From: an uncultured Flavobacterium sp.
GTDB taxonomy: Bacteria; Bacteroidota; Bacteroidia; Flavobacteriales; Flavobacteriaceae
NCBI GenBank assembly: GCA_964610785.1
Contig: CAZSZH010000003.1
Coordinates: forward strand, 11,390-75,389
Direction: 5' to 3'
Length of the DNA: 64,000 bases
The notes beneath the pieces are model-generated. The model was not told the DNA's origin. It saw only the letters and a program-made list of their open reading frames with translations, and searched no databases. The position numbers were made by a program, and so were the translations under genes. Below are positions 9,557 through 19,435 of the stretch, piece after piece; within the stretch, counting starts at the first letter, position 1, and every line of letters starts with the position of its first letter.

Positions 9557-10957
9557 TTAATTGATTGGAGTGTTATTTTTTAATATTTCTACAATACGTT
9601 TACTGGTCCCTTCTAATGGTTTTCCTATTTGGAGTTTCACCAATTCTCGTTGGCAATTTAATTTTTGATTTGGATTTTTTAAATCCAAATTAATGGCATT
9701 TACTAGTTCATTTTCATTTTTGGCAATGGTAACTGCTCCACTCTCAATAACAGTCATATAATGAGTATAGTTTAAAAATCTTTGATCATCATATAAACCA
9801 TTGATCTTATTTCCAAATGCTGTGTTGATAACTGGCTTATCAAAGAGCATGAAATCTAAACTCATAGTGGAACACATATTAACATTCAAATCAACAAATT
9901 GCAAAATCGACTTTAAATCAATAAAATCCTCTACTGTTGGTATTCTTTGTGACCAATTTTCGGAATGATTTTCTCTTGTTAATTCCCATGCAGGAAAATT
10001 CCAAGCTATTTCAGGAAATTCACTTTTTAAAGATTCAAATCTTTTTCCATCATCCGCTGGAGAAGTTCTTACCAATAATTGTGAATCGCATTCAATCAAA
10101 TTATTTCTTATTGCCAAAGCAATAATTTTAATCACCAAAGCGTCGTTCTGACCAATTGAACTGTCTGCACAACTAAAGCAAATTATTTTTTTAGTGCTAT
10201 TTAATTTAAATTTTTCCAGAAATTTATTTTTATCTACAGAATAAGTGTCCATAGCATAAGGTTCGAATTGTGGAGTTCCAACTATTACTACATTTTCTGG
10301 TTTTGTAGCTGGATAGAAATACAATAACTCTTTTTTCATTAAATCACTCCAAACCAAAAAAGTATCAAAGGTTCCTAACATTCTTCCTTTGGAAGATAAA
10401 TTATCCCAACTAAAAATAAAAGTCCCAACTGGAATTTTCAATTTTAATACACTGTACAAAAATGGAGCTAAATAAGTCGGTCTTTGATGGGTAAAAAAAA
10501 CATAATCAGGCTGATCTTCTTTTAACAATTTTAAATATGTCTTTGTCACTTTATTGTTTGCAAAAGTAAGAAATTGTAGTTTTTCTATTCCTTTTATAAA
10601 TGAGTTTGAGTTAAAAAAACGAGAACTAAAATAAATTAATCGTGTTAAAATAGACTTCGGTGTATATTTTTTTGGCATTCCCATTACTAGCAAATCATTC
10701 ATTCCGTAGAATGTTTTATTTTGCTGTAAATGAGCTGTTTCTTTATATTTTCTAAAAAACCATGTGGTGATTGTTTCTTTAAAAACTTCTAATTCACGTA
10801 TTTCAACCGAAGGATGGTTCAATTTATAAGTTCCTTTAGGAAGCCCTGAGTAAATAATAATTGTATCAAATTGATGGATTGCTTCACTTATAAAATTACT
10901 CATTATGTAATTTCTATATCCAACCCCATCAGTAATTACAATCCCTAATTTTTTCAT
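9557..10957 (-). CDS. Uncharacterised GT-B / CDP-glycerol glycerophosphotransferase-like protein; candidate nonulosonate transferase
   Basis: FSWDNLSSKG, VGTPQFEPY and STMSLDFMLFDKPVI blocks resemble TagF-like / capsule GT-B proteins. Start set at MKKLGIVITDG (10957) rather than the track's 10996. Confidence 0.6.
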   Translation of the reverse strand: MKKLGIVITDGVGYRNYIMSNFISEAIHQFDTIIIYSGLPKGTYKLNHPSVEIRELEVFKETITTWFFRKYKETAHLQQNKTFYGMNDLLVMGMPKKYTPKSILTRLIYFSSRFFNSNSFIKGIEKLQFLTFANNKVTKTYLKLLKEDQPDYVFFTHQRPTYLAPFLYSVLKLKIPVGTFIFSWDNLSSKGRMLGTFDTFLVWSDLMKKELLYFYPATKPENVVIVGTPQFEPYAMDTYSVDKNKFLEKFKLNSTKKIICFSCADSSIGQNDALVIKIIALAIRNNLIECDSQLLVRTSPADDGKRFESLKSEFPEIAWNFPAWELTRENHSENWSQRIPTVEDFIDLKSILQFVDLNVNMCSTMSLDFMLFDKPVINTAFGNKINGLYDDQRFLNYTHYMTVIESGAVTIAKNENELVNAINLDLKNPNQKLNCQRELVKLQIGKPLEGTSKRIVEILKNNTPIN

Positions 10958-11121
10958 TTCAATACCTATCAAAACTATTATTCTTTCAACCTTCAAATAT
11001 CATTGTTTTTTTTGGAATTTAAAAACATTAAGTAGTATAATCAGAAAACTCCGACTTAAATCACAGTATGTTTTGTTGTAGAAGTTAATTGTAAAATTTT
11101 GAAAAATTAAGTATTTCACTT

Positions 11122-12246
11122 CTAAAATTTATCTTTAAACTGCTTTTGGTGATTGATAGTCCAAACTGTTGGACTTTTTAACACATTTAAAAACAATTCG
11201 GTACTGTTTCCTTTTCCAAAATCGTTCCAAGAGGGATGTACCTCATGGTCATCAATTATCTTTAATGCATTTGAAATGCTGTTCATTTGGTAATCAATAT
11301 TAACAATGTCGGCATTTATTGCTCTATTTTGTTGGCGTGTACCAATATTAATAATTGGAATACCATAATAAGGTGCTTCACGAATACCAGCACTGCTGTT
11401 GCCAATGATGAATTGAGAATTTTTAAGAAAGGCTAAAAAATATTCAAATCGAAGGGAGGGAAATACTCTAAAACGTACATTATCTTTTAGTTTTTGGTAA
11501 TTTTTGATGATGTACTGACTTCCTAAATCATTGTTAGGAAAAATTACTATATAGTTATGATGATCCTCCAATAAAGCATTCACAAAATCCGCTGCATAAC
11601 GTTCCATTTGATTAAATTCAGTAGTTACTGGATGAAACATAACCACAGCATATTTAGAAAATGGAATTTGGTAGTATTCTTTAGCCTTTTCCAGACTTGG
11701 TAATTCATTTGAAAACATGATGTCAATATCTGGCGAACCGATGGTGAATATTGAAGATGGTATTTCTCCCATTTGTATTAATCGTTTCGCTGCATCATCA
11801 TTTGAAACAAAATGAATATGACTGAGTTTACTCACACTGTGACGTATCAATTCATCTACAGTTCCCGAAAGTTCACCACCTTCAATATGCGCTACTAAGA
11901 AATTATTTAAGGATCCTACAATGGCTCCTGCGAGGGTTTCGACGCGATCACCATGAACCACAATTAAATCGGGTTGTACTTTTTTACAATAACTAGATAA
12001 TCCTTCTATGGTTTTGGCCAAAGTCAAATCCATGGTAGTTTCGTGGGTGTGATTTTCAAAAGTATGCACATTTTTAAAGTGACATCTTTCAATTTCAATT
12101 AATGTATATCCATATTCTTCTTGTAGGTGCATTCCCGTGACAAATACAAACACTTCAAAATCTTGATTGGTATCAAGAACTGTTACAAGCGATTTTATTT
12201 TACCAAAATCGGCTCTGGTCCCAGTAAGAAAAAGAATCTTTTTCAT
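11122..12246 (-). CDS. neuC: UDP-N-acetylglucosamine 2-epimerase (hydrolysing)
   Basis: TGTRADFG, VHGDR, HIEGGELSGTVD, IRHSVSKLSHIHF, MFHPVTTE and GNSSAGIREA motifs; closely resembles meningococcal SiaA as recalled. Confidence 0.95.
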   Translation of the reverse strand: MKKILFLTGTRADFGKIKSLVTVLDTNQDFEVFVFVTGMHLQEEYGYTLIEIERCHFKNVHTFENHTHETTMDLTLAKTIEGLSSYCKKVQPDLIVVHGDRVETLAGAIVGSLNNFLVAHIEGGELSGTVDELIRHSVSKLSHIHFVSNDDAAKRLIQMGEIPSSIFTIGSPDIDIMFSNELPSLEKAKEYYQIPFSKYAVVMFHPVTTEFNQMERYAADFVNALLEDHHNYIVIFPNNDLGSQYIIKNYQKLKDNVRFRVFPSLRFEYFLAFLKNSQFIIGNSSAGIREAPYYGIPIINIGTRQQNRAINADIVNIDYQMNSISNALKIIDDHEVHPSWNDFGKGNSTELFLNVLKSPTVWTINHQKQFKDKF

Positions 12247-12253
12247 AATTTAA

Positions 12254-13363
12254 TTAACTTATGCGACTTGGATAGCGTCGATCTCGAATATTTAAAAAGT
12301 ACTTTTCAATATAAGTAGTCATAGCTATTCCAATCACTATGCTTGATAAAGAGGATGCAATAAAAATAAAATTTTGGTGCAGTGATTCATGAAAAATCAA
12401 GCTATTAGCCAATCTATAAAAATAGTTTACAAAAGTATGGATGATATAGATTGAATAAGATGAAAAACCAATTTTACTAATAGTATTTACCATTGTATTT
12501 GAAAAGCACTTGTTGAGAGTCTTGTTAATATTTTTGTCAATTAAAAAATAAACCAATACAATTCCAAAACCAATATATAAAAAGGTAAACCCAAAAGTCC
12601 TAATATAAAAAGAATCCATAGGATCAATAATGGGACTAAATGAGACTAATAATAGCGCTAATAGTAATAATATTTTCTTGTAGGAATTGAAAAAATGAGT
12701 TAAAAATTCAGTTCTAAAATAGTATAAATAAGAAACAAATACTCCAGCCAGCAAGGAATCTACTCTAAGATGCGTCATAGTAAAATTTCTTACATTATCA
12801 TTAGGAAAATAGATATTAGAAACTAATCTAAGCCCAAAACAAAGGATCATAATTGCAACAATCAATAGTCCTAATCCGCTAATTTTATGAGACTCTTTTT
12901 TAACATATATCCATTTTTTTTTCAATGCCCAATAAAGTAATAACGCAAAACCAAAATAAAAGTGCTCTTCTACTGCTAACGACCAACTTGCAGCATAAGC
13001 GTAGCCCCAACCTAAAACATAATTTTGCACAAAAAAAACATCCGATAAAAGACCTACCCATTCTAACTTATGTTTTATTAAAATCGGAATTAAATATAAG
13101 AGATAAAAAATAAAATAGATTGGATATATTTTAAAACCTCTTCGAATTAAAAATAATTTAGGCTTTATATTACCATACTTTAAATATTCTTTAAATAGTA
13201 ATCCAGAAACCAAAAATCCACTTAAAACAAAAAATAAATCTACACCAATCCATCCCATATTTTTGGTAAATTGAAATAGATATTGATGTCGCAATAGCAC
13301 TAGAACAATTGCAATTCCTCTCAAAAAATCGAGTTCTCGGAGTCTATTTTTACTTGTACTCAT
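12254..13363 (-). CDS. Acyltransferase-3 (OafA-like) membrane O-acyltransferase
   Basis: LDFLRGIA, GVDLFFVLSGFL, RRGFKIYP, WSLAVEEHFY and SYSIY motifs; multiple TM segments. Confidence 0.9.
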   Translation of the reverse strand: MSTSKNRLRELDFLRGIAIVLVLLRHQYLFQFTKNMGWIGVDLFFVLSGFLVSGLLFKEYLKYGNIKPKLFLIRRGFKIYPIYFIFYLLYLIPILIKHKLEWVGLLSDVFFVQNYVLGWGYAYAASWSLAVEEHFYFGFALLLYWALKKKWIYVKKESHKISGLGLLIVAIMILCFGLRLVSNIYFPNDNVRNFTMTHLRVDSLLAGVFVSYLYYFRTEFLTHFFNSYKKILLLLALLLVSFSPIIDPMDSFYIRTFGFTFLYIGFGIVLVYFLIDKNINKTLNKCFSNTMVNTISKIGFSSYSIYIIHTFVNYFYRLANSLIFHESLHQNFIFIASSLSSIVIGIAMTTYIEKYFLNIRDRRYPSRIS

Positions 13364-14243
13364 TTAACAAATTATTATTGATACCAATGGTCAATTCCCC
13401 TTTATTAAAAAAACTAAAACCATAATTATCAAGAACTTTATATATGTCATTTCTACAATTAAACTCGTCATGAATTTCTAATGCAATGCATTTTGTTATT
13501 TCTAAAAAATCAACATTTGCATTTTCCGAAGTAAATATTTGTTTTTCAGAACCTTCCACATCAATCTTCAGTATATCAATAAGTTCATACTTATACTCTC
13601 TAACTAATTGATTTATAGAATAAGCTTGAACTCCATCTAATTCATTTGTTTCTTCAACTCTAAATGACCAATCTTGTCTATCTCTAAAATCTCTAACAAT
13701 TTTAATTTTTTTATTTGAACTCCAAATTGCAGCATTAATTTTAACTATTTTATGAGTTTCATTGTTTTTTATGTTAAAATCTAAAATTTTAAAATTTTCT
13801 AATTCTGGTTCTAAACATATAATATTTGGTTTATTAAAATGATCTAAAAAAAACAAAGAAGTTAAACCAATATTACTTCCTGCATCAATAATATTAATAC
13901 TATAATCTGAATTCTCATGAAAATGTTGTTTGAATTGTTTGACCACCTCTGAATACTCTTCCCACCCGTAAACTTGTTGAAAAACATCAATATCGCTAGA
14001 TGGTTTTTTTCTTAGCTTTATTATTTTAGTACTATTATTTTTAAATTCTGTTACATAATAATCTGATGTTTCCGATTTGAAATATCCATTTGAATGAATT
14101 AATATATTATAGTAAACATATACTTGAATTTCTTTTTCAGAGGGCTTGATTTTTAAAATAGTTTTAATTAGGTAAATTAAAACAATACCTGCATTTATAA
14201 AATTTAATCTTTTAAGGTTTTTAAATTTATTGGTTTTAGGCAT
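13350..14243 (-). CDS. FkbM-family methyltransferase
   Basis: IIDAGSNIG, LEPELENF and ILKIDVEGSE motifs. Confidence 0.9.
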   Translation of the reverse strand: MPKTNKFKNLKRLNFINAGIVLIYLIKTILKIKPSEKEIQVYVYYNILIHSNGYFKSETSDYYVTEFKNNSTKIIKLRKKPSSDIDVFQQVYGWEEYSEVVKQFKQHFHENSDYSINIIDAGSNIGLTSLFFLDHFNKPNIICLEPELENFKILDFNIKNNETHKIVKINAAIWSSNKKIKIVRDFRDRQDWSFRVEETNELDGVQAYSINQLVREYKYELIDILKIDVEGSEKQIFTSENANVDFLEITKCIALEIHDEFNCRNDIYKVLDNYGFSFFNKGELTIGINNNLLNEYK

Positions 14244-15021
14244 TATTCTTTAATTTTTTGAGAATTTCAAATTTAGTTTTTAAAATGATACTATCATTTA
14301 AAATAGTTTTATAATAATTTTTTGTGTTGGTAATTATTATTTTTTTTACAAATGAAGCTATAATTTTGATTTTAGAGGGAAACTTTTTACCATGCAATTG
14401 GTATTCGGATATTGTTTCGTTTTTAAATCTATTCACCATAGATTTTCGATTTCTCTCAATAAAATAAAAAAAAGTTTCATTAAAATCTAAAATTGTATAT
14501 CCTTCGTTAACAACTCGCTCAGACCATTCTTTATCTTCACTAAAAACTAGTTTTTGATCAAATTTATGTTTCTCCCATACCTCTTTATTAACTAATGCAC
14601 ATCCAGTCATTAATCCAAAATGAAGAGGTTGTTTTACAATAAAATCATTCTCTAAAGCACGATTATAATTTTCAATACTATTGATGTATCTTATTCCAGC
14701 AATTGAATTGGAATTATTTATAGCTTGAAATGAATTTTTGAAAAAACTATTTCCAATAGGAACGGCATGAGAACTTAATAACAAAACATATTTTGATTTT
14801 GCATGCATTATCCCCAAATTAGTTGCTTTTCCGTATGTAAAATTATCAATTGTTACAATTACACAATTAAACTTTTTTGCAATTTCAATGCTGTTATCTT
14901 TCGAATTATTATCTACAACAATAATTTCATGTACATCATCAAAATAAACTTTTTTTAAAATAAATAGTGTCTTTTCTAGAGCCTTAGCTTCATTTTTATT
15001 TCTTATAACAACTGATATCAT
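14236..15021 (-). CDS. Glycosyltransferase family 2
   Basis: ISVVIRNKNE, VVDNNSKD, YGKATNLG and SEDKEW motifs. Confidence 0.88.
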   Translation of the reverse strand: MISVVIRNKNEAKALEKTLFILKKVYFDDVHEIIVVDNNSKDNSIEIAKKFNCVIVTIDNFTYGKATNLGIMHAKSKYVLLLSSHAVPIGNSFFKNSFQAINNSNSIAGIRYINSIENYNRALENDFIVKQPLHFGLMTGCALVNKEVWEKHKFDQKLVFSEDKEWSERVVNEGYTILDFNETFFYFIERNRKSMVNRFKNETISEYQLHGKKFPSKIKIIASFVKKIIITNTKNYYKTILNDSIILKTKFEILKKLKNNA

Positions 15022-15038
15022 AATTTAAAAATTAAAAT

Positions 15039-16079
15039 TTATTCGAAATCTTTAAAATCTAATTGCTCATCATTATTTATATCTCTAGTAGCTTTTTTAC
15101 CTAGTAAACTATCAAAATGCTCTGCCAAAATCTTTCCCGTTCCTGGGCGCTTTACCCAAATGTTATCATTGGTTAACGTTTCGCCTTTTTTAATAGCCGA
15201 AATGCAACATACGGTTGCAAAAGCAAAGTCTATCGTAACTTGTTCTTCTTGAGCAGGGACTTTAGTTCCGCCTCGCATTTGCCAAATCTCATTAGAAGAA
15301 ACAATGAGTTCGTTACAAGCTTTTTCATCCATGCTGCATACAATATCTGGACCCTTGCGTTGCATATGATCGGTAAAATGACGTTCTAGAATACTAGCCC
15401 CCAGCGCAACAGCTCCAAGACAAGCATTGTTATTCAAAGTATGGTCTGAAAGTCCGAATACCTTATCCGGGAAAGCTTGATGCAATTGGGTCATGGCACC
15501 AAATCGAACCAAATGAATGGGCGTTGGATATAAATTTGTAGTATGCAATAACGCTAGAGGAATGTTATGCTTATTAAAAATTGCTACAGCTTTGCTAACA
15601 CTTTCAATAGTATTCATACCCGTGCTCAATATAACAGGCTTACCAAAAGAACAAATGTGTTCTAACAAGGGATAGTTATTACATTCACCAGAACCAATCT
15701 TATAGGCAGGAATATCAAATTTATTCAACCGCTCTGCAGCCGCACGAGAGAATGGTGTAGAAATAAATATCATGCCCTTGCTTTCAACATAATTCTTTAA
15801 CTCAAACTCCTCATTTTCATTAAGAGAACACCGCTCCATGATTTCATAAATAGAAATATTAGCATTACCAGGAATGACTTTCTTGGCAGCACCACTCATT
15901 TCATCTTCAACAATATGCGTTTGATGCTTTACTACCTCAACTCCAGATCTATGAGCCGCATCGACCATTTCTTTAGCTACTTTAAGTGAGCCATCGTGAT
16001 TAATTCCTATTTCGGCAATCACTAGTGGCTGAAAATCGGGACCTATCTTTCTTCCTGCTATTTCTATGTAAGGTCTCAT
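15039..16079 (-). CDS. neuB: N-acetylneuraminate synthase with a C-terminal SAF domain
   Basis: [51 protein letters not shown] and WVKRPG motifs. Confidence 0.96.
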   Translation of the reverse strand: MRPYIEIAGRKIGPDFQPLVIAEIGINHDGSLKVAKEMVDAAHRSGVEVVKHQTHIVEDEMSGAAKKVIPGNANISIYEIMERCSLNENEEFELKNYVESKGMIFISTPFSRAAAERLNKFDIPAYKIGSGECNNYPLLEHICSFGKPVILSTGMNTIESVSKAVAIFNKHNIPLALLHTTNLYPTPIHLVRFGAMTQLHQAFPDKVFGLSDHTLNNNACLGAVALGASILERHFTDHMQRKGPDIVCSMDEKACNELIVSSNEIWQMRGGTKVPAQEEQVTIDFAFATVCCISAIKKGETLTNDNIWVKRPGTGKILAEHFDSLLGKKATRDINNDEQLDFKDFE

Positions 16080-16082
16080 ATT

Positions 16083-17201
16083 CTATTGCTTTTCGTTAAT
16101 AAAAAGGCTAAATCTTGATTTATATCTCAATATTGGTTTCTCAAAAAAAGCATACGATAAATGAGAAACGATAACAGTTAAAATAATGGAGCTTGAATAA
16201 ATTAATATATTATTTAATTGTTCAAACTTATTAAAATATTTAAGTAGAATATTAATAAAAAAAACAATTATTATTTGATGATACATGTAAATTCCGTATG
16301 AAATTTTTCCTAAATAATTTAAGAGTTGATTTTCAAAGATATTTTCTAATTTTTTATTTCCAACTAAGTTCAAAATTATAATAATAAATAAGATTGCATA
16401 AAATAATCTGAAAAATTCATACAAATTTGGCATATATATGTATAATAAAACTATTGCTATTATTGAAGCTATAAAAACAAATGAGTTATAAAAAAAATGT
16501 AGTCTTTTATCTTTTTCATAGAATAATACCGCTCCAAAAGCACCAACAGACAGTAAATCAAATTTAAGTAATCTATAATAATTTTTTAATAATTCGATGT
16601 AAGGAAGGTTGTTCAAAAAACTTAAGTGAAGACATCCATAAAATATCCAATATATTATTATACAACTTAAAAAAATAGTTTTATACTTATTAAATTGATT
16701 TACAATTATGGGCCAGATAATATAAAACTGTTCTTCAGTACCTATAGACCATGCCTGAGCGGCAAAAGGAATTGGAATAATTAAATACAAAAGATTCGGC
16801 AACATCAAAATAAACATAACAATTACCTTAATAAGCTCTTTAGAGTCATAATCAAAATACGCGCCATTTATATAAAAAAGAGAAAAATTAGGAAGAATAA
16901 ATAAAGACAATATTATAATAAAATAGTATAGCGGCCAAATTTTTAAAATCCTCCTTAAATAGAACTTTTTAAAACTAATAAAAGAATATATCTCTTTTTC
17001 TTTTAAAAGTAAAATCGTTATTAAAAACCCACTTAACACAAAAAATAAATCTACACCAACATCCCCCAAATACCTTAATTGCTCACGATAATTGGTTAAT
17101 AAAAAATATTTTTTATTTAATTCAATATGACAAATAACAACCATCAATGCGGCAAAAAAACGCAATCCATTTAAGTTGTTGAAATATAATTTTTCTTTCA
17201 T
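16083..17201 (-). CDS. Acyltransferase-3 membrane O-acyltransferase
   Basis: LNGLRFFAA, GVDLFFVLSGFLIT, RRILKIWPLYY, WSIGTEEQFY and LGKISYGIY motifs. Confidence 0.9.
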   Translation of the reverse strand: MKEKLYFNNLNGLRFFAALMVVICHIELNKKYFLLTNYREQLRYLGDVGVDLFFVLSGFLITILLLKEKEIYSFISFKKFYLRRILKIWPLYYFIIILSLFILPNFSLFYINGAYFDYDSKELIKVIVMFILMLPNLLYLIIPIPFAAQAWSIGTEEQFYIIWPIIVNQFNKYKTIFLSCIIIYWIFYGCLHLSFLNNLPYIELLKNYYRLLKFDLLSVGAFGAVLFYEKDKRLHFFYNSFVFIASIIAIVLLYIYMPNLYEFFRLFYAILFIIIILNLVGNKKLENIFENQLLNYLGKISYGIYMYHQIIIVFFINILLKYFNKFEQLNNILIYSSSIILTVIVSHLSYAFFEKPILRYKSRFSLFINEKQ

Positions 17202-17203
17202 AT

Positions 17204-17860
17204 TTATTGTCTTATTGCATATTCAGCATAATCTAAATCTTGTTGATTATCAATGTCAACATTTGCATACATATGATTTACTTCAAAAGGAATTGCGTTT
17301 TCTGAAATTATTATTTCTTTTAAAATTAATTTAGCTTTAGTAATATAAAGTAATCCATTTTCAAAATAAAGAGGATCTAAATCTTGGCTTCTTTGACCAA
17401 TAATGTAGTTAAACGGAATAAATTTATTATTTACTATTTTACCAAACTTTTGATAATTTCTAGTAACCGTAAACAAACTATCTGAATTATTTTCTTCATA
17501 TACTTCGAAAGCCTCTGTCAAAATATTTTTTGGGCGTAATGGATTAGTAGCTTGCAATAAAATAACATTTTCAACCTCATCATCAATAGTTTGTAAAACA
17601 TGCTTTAAAACAGTAACTGTAGGCTCAAAATCTCCTGACAAATTTTGAGGTCTGTCTATTACTTTAACTCCATACTGTAACGCGCAACTTTTAATATGTT
17701 CATCATCTGTTGAAACATAAATTTCATTAATTATTGAAGAATTATCTTGCGCAAACAATATACTGTGAGCCATTAAAGGAATTCCTCCTAGAGGAAGAAT
17801 ATTTTTATTTTGAAGTCTTTTTGAACCACCGCGCACTGGAATAATTGCTATTGTTTTCAT
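17204..17860 (-). CDS. neuA: Acylneuraminate cytidylyltransferase (CMP-Neu5Ac synthetase, single domain)
   Basis: IIPVRGGSKRLQNKN, VSTDD, RP, LQATNPLR, RSQDL, ENG and DID motifs. Confidence 0.92.
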   Translation of the reverse strand: MKTIAIIPVRGGSKRLQNKNILPLGGIPLMAHSILFAQDNSSIINEIYVSTDDEHIKSCALQYGVKVIDRPQNLSGDFEPTVTVLKHVLQTIDDEVENVILLQATNPLRPKNILTEAFEVYEENNSDSLFTVTRNYQKFGKIVNNKFIPFNYIIGQRSQDLDPLYFENGLLYITKAKLILKEIIISENAIPFEVNHMYANVDIDNQQDLDYAEYAIRQ

Positions 17861-17863
17861 AAA

Positions 17864-18502
17864 TTAAAGTTTTTTTGCTAAAATTCCGTAACTCAATCCT
17901 TTGGCTTGAATATCCCTACTTTCAATATATATCTCAATAAATCTTTTAATTCTTTCTTTTAAAGTTTGAGGTTTTGATGGCTCATCAATTATAGCATATT
18001 CTAATAATTCAAAACCGCTTTCTTTTAAAAAATATTCCACGATATGAAACCAAGGTGCAAAAACATGATGTTCTTCTAAATGTTTTGGTTGAAAGGAAAA
18101 AAGTGTTCCTTTAAAAAACATATTTAATCTACTTCTACTCCAAGAGGGATTAGGCACTGAAAGTATTAAATAGCCTCCTTTTTCAATATGGTTACTTATA
18201 TTATTGATTCCAATTAACGGATTGGCTAAGTGTTCTAAAACCTCTAAAAAAAGAACAATTCCTGCTTTTTGAACATCATCTGGTTCAGAATTATTAAGAT
18301 CCCAAATAATCGATTTATCAATCTTTTTAAAATAATCAAAGGGTTGCCAAGTTGCACCAAGTCCTTCAATTTTTGCTTGCATATGACCAAATCCTGCGCC
18401 TACATCGCTTACAATTTTATTAGGAGCGAGAGAAAATAATTCGTCTAATTTCTGATTTGCAAATTGAACCCTATGATTGTAAATCGTATTTTTTTTTATC
18501 AT
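17864..18502 (-). CDS. SAM-dependent methyltransferase-domain protein
   Basis: DVGAGFG motif I, LEVLEHL and GGYLILSVPN. Confidence 0.8.
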   Translation of the reverse strand: MIKKNTIYNHRVQFANQKLDELFSLAPNKIVSDVGAGFGHMQAKIEGLGATWQPFDYFKKIDKSIIWDLNNSEPDDVQKAGIVLFLEVLEHLANPLIGINNISNHIEKGGYLILSVPNPSWSRSRLNMFFKGTLFSFQPKHLEEHHVFAPWFHIVEYFLKESGFELLEYAIIDEPSKPQTLKERIKRFIEIYIESRDIQAKGLSYGILAKKL

Positions 18503-18519
18503 TTAAGATTAAAATGTAT

Positions 18520-19434
18520 TTATTGTTTTGGTTTCCAAAAAATCTTTGAAGCGGGCAATGTTTCAAATTTTCTAAACTCATTATAGGAGAACCTATTACT
18601 ATTTTTGACCAATTTAGGCAAATTAATTAACACGTCAAAAATTGCTTGAATAATTGCAATAGTAGCTTTAATATCCCCTTTAAAAGTTTTGGCTTTTAGT
18701 TGAATCCACATAGTGTAAGCTATCTTTTTGGGTATCAAAGACCATGGAAAAAAAAGCAAATACAAATACCATCCAGACCGTAAACTTCTTCGCAATCGCA
18801 ATTGATAATCGTTATTATTTTTCCTTAAAAGCACGTCAACTCTATGGTGAACTAAAATTGAAGGCTCATATATTATTTGTTTATTTATTTTAAATAATTG
18901 ATAGGATGCAAATTCTTCTTCTCCATAAAAAATAAACCATTCTGGATAATTTGGAATTTCTCTCCAAGCTTGCATTCGCCATACATGTCCACACCCAACA
19001 AACCCATTTACTTGTTCTGATTTTTCATTTGTACCAAGAGTTTTTGGCAACTCCATACCCCAAAAAATCCGAAAAGCAATTAATCCACAATTAGGATGTT
19101 CAATAAATTTTTGCTCGATAATTTCTAACGGGTTTTTAGCAACAAAATGAGCATCATCATCTAATGAAATGGCATAGGTTGCTTTTGTCTCACTGAGCAT
19201 TTTATTTCTACAAAATAAATATCCCTTAGATGCTTCATTTCTAATAAGTTTAACTTTTGGAAATTGTTGCTTTACAGATTCAAATGTTTGATCAGTTGAG
19301 CCATCATCGAAGACCATACATTCTACATCATTCCTTTTTATAATAGAATCAATCTTAGCTAAAGTAAAAAGGAGATCTTCACTCCTGTTTTTTGTCGAAA
19401 TTAATATAGAAAACAATGGATAATCTTTATTCAT
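18520..19434 (-). CDS. Glycosyltransferase family 2
   Basis: SILISTKNR, FDDGSTD, RNKML, SLDDDA and YGEE motifs. Confidence 0.9.
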   Translation of the reverse strand: MNKDYPLFSILISTKNRSEDLLFTLAKIDSIIKRNDVECMVFDDGSTDQTFESVKQQFPKVKLIRNEASKGYLFCRNKMLSETKATYAISLDDDAHFVAKNPLEIIEQKFIEHPNCGLIAFRIFWGMELPKTLGTNEKSEQVNGFVGCGHVWRMQAWREIPNYPEWFIFYGEEEFASYQLFKINKQIIYEPSILVHHRVDVLLRKNNNDYQLRLRRSLRSGWYLYLLFFPWSLIPKKIAYTMWIQLKAKTFKGDIKATIAIIQAIFDVLINLPKLVKNSNRFSYNEFRKFETLPASKIFWKPKQ

Positions 19435-19435
19435 A

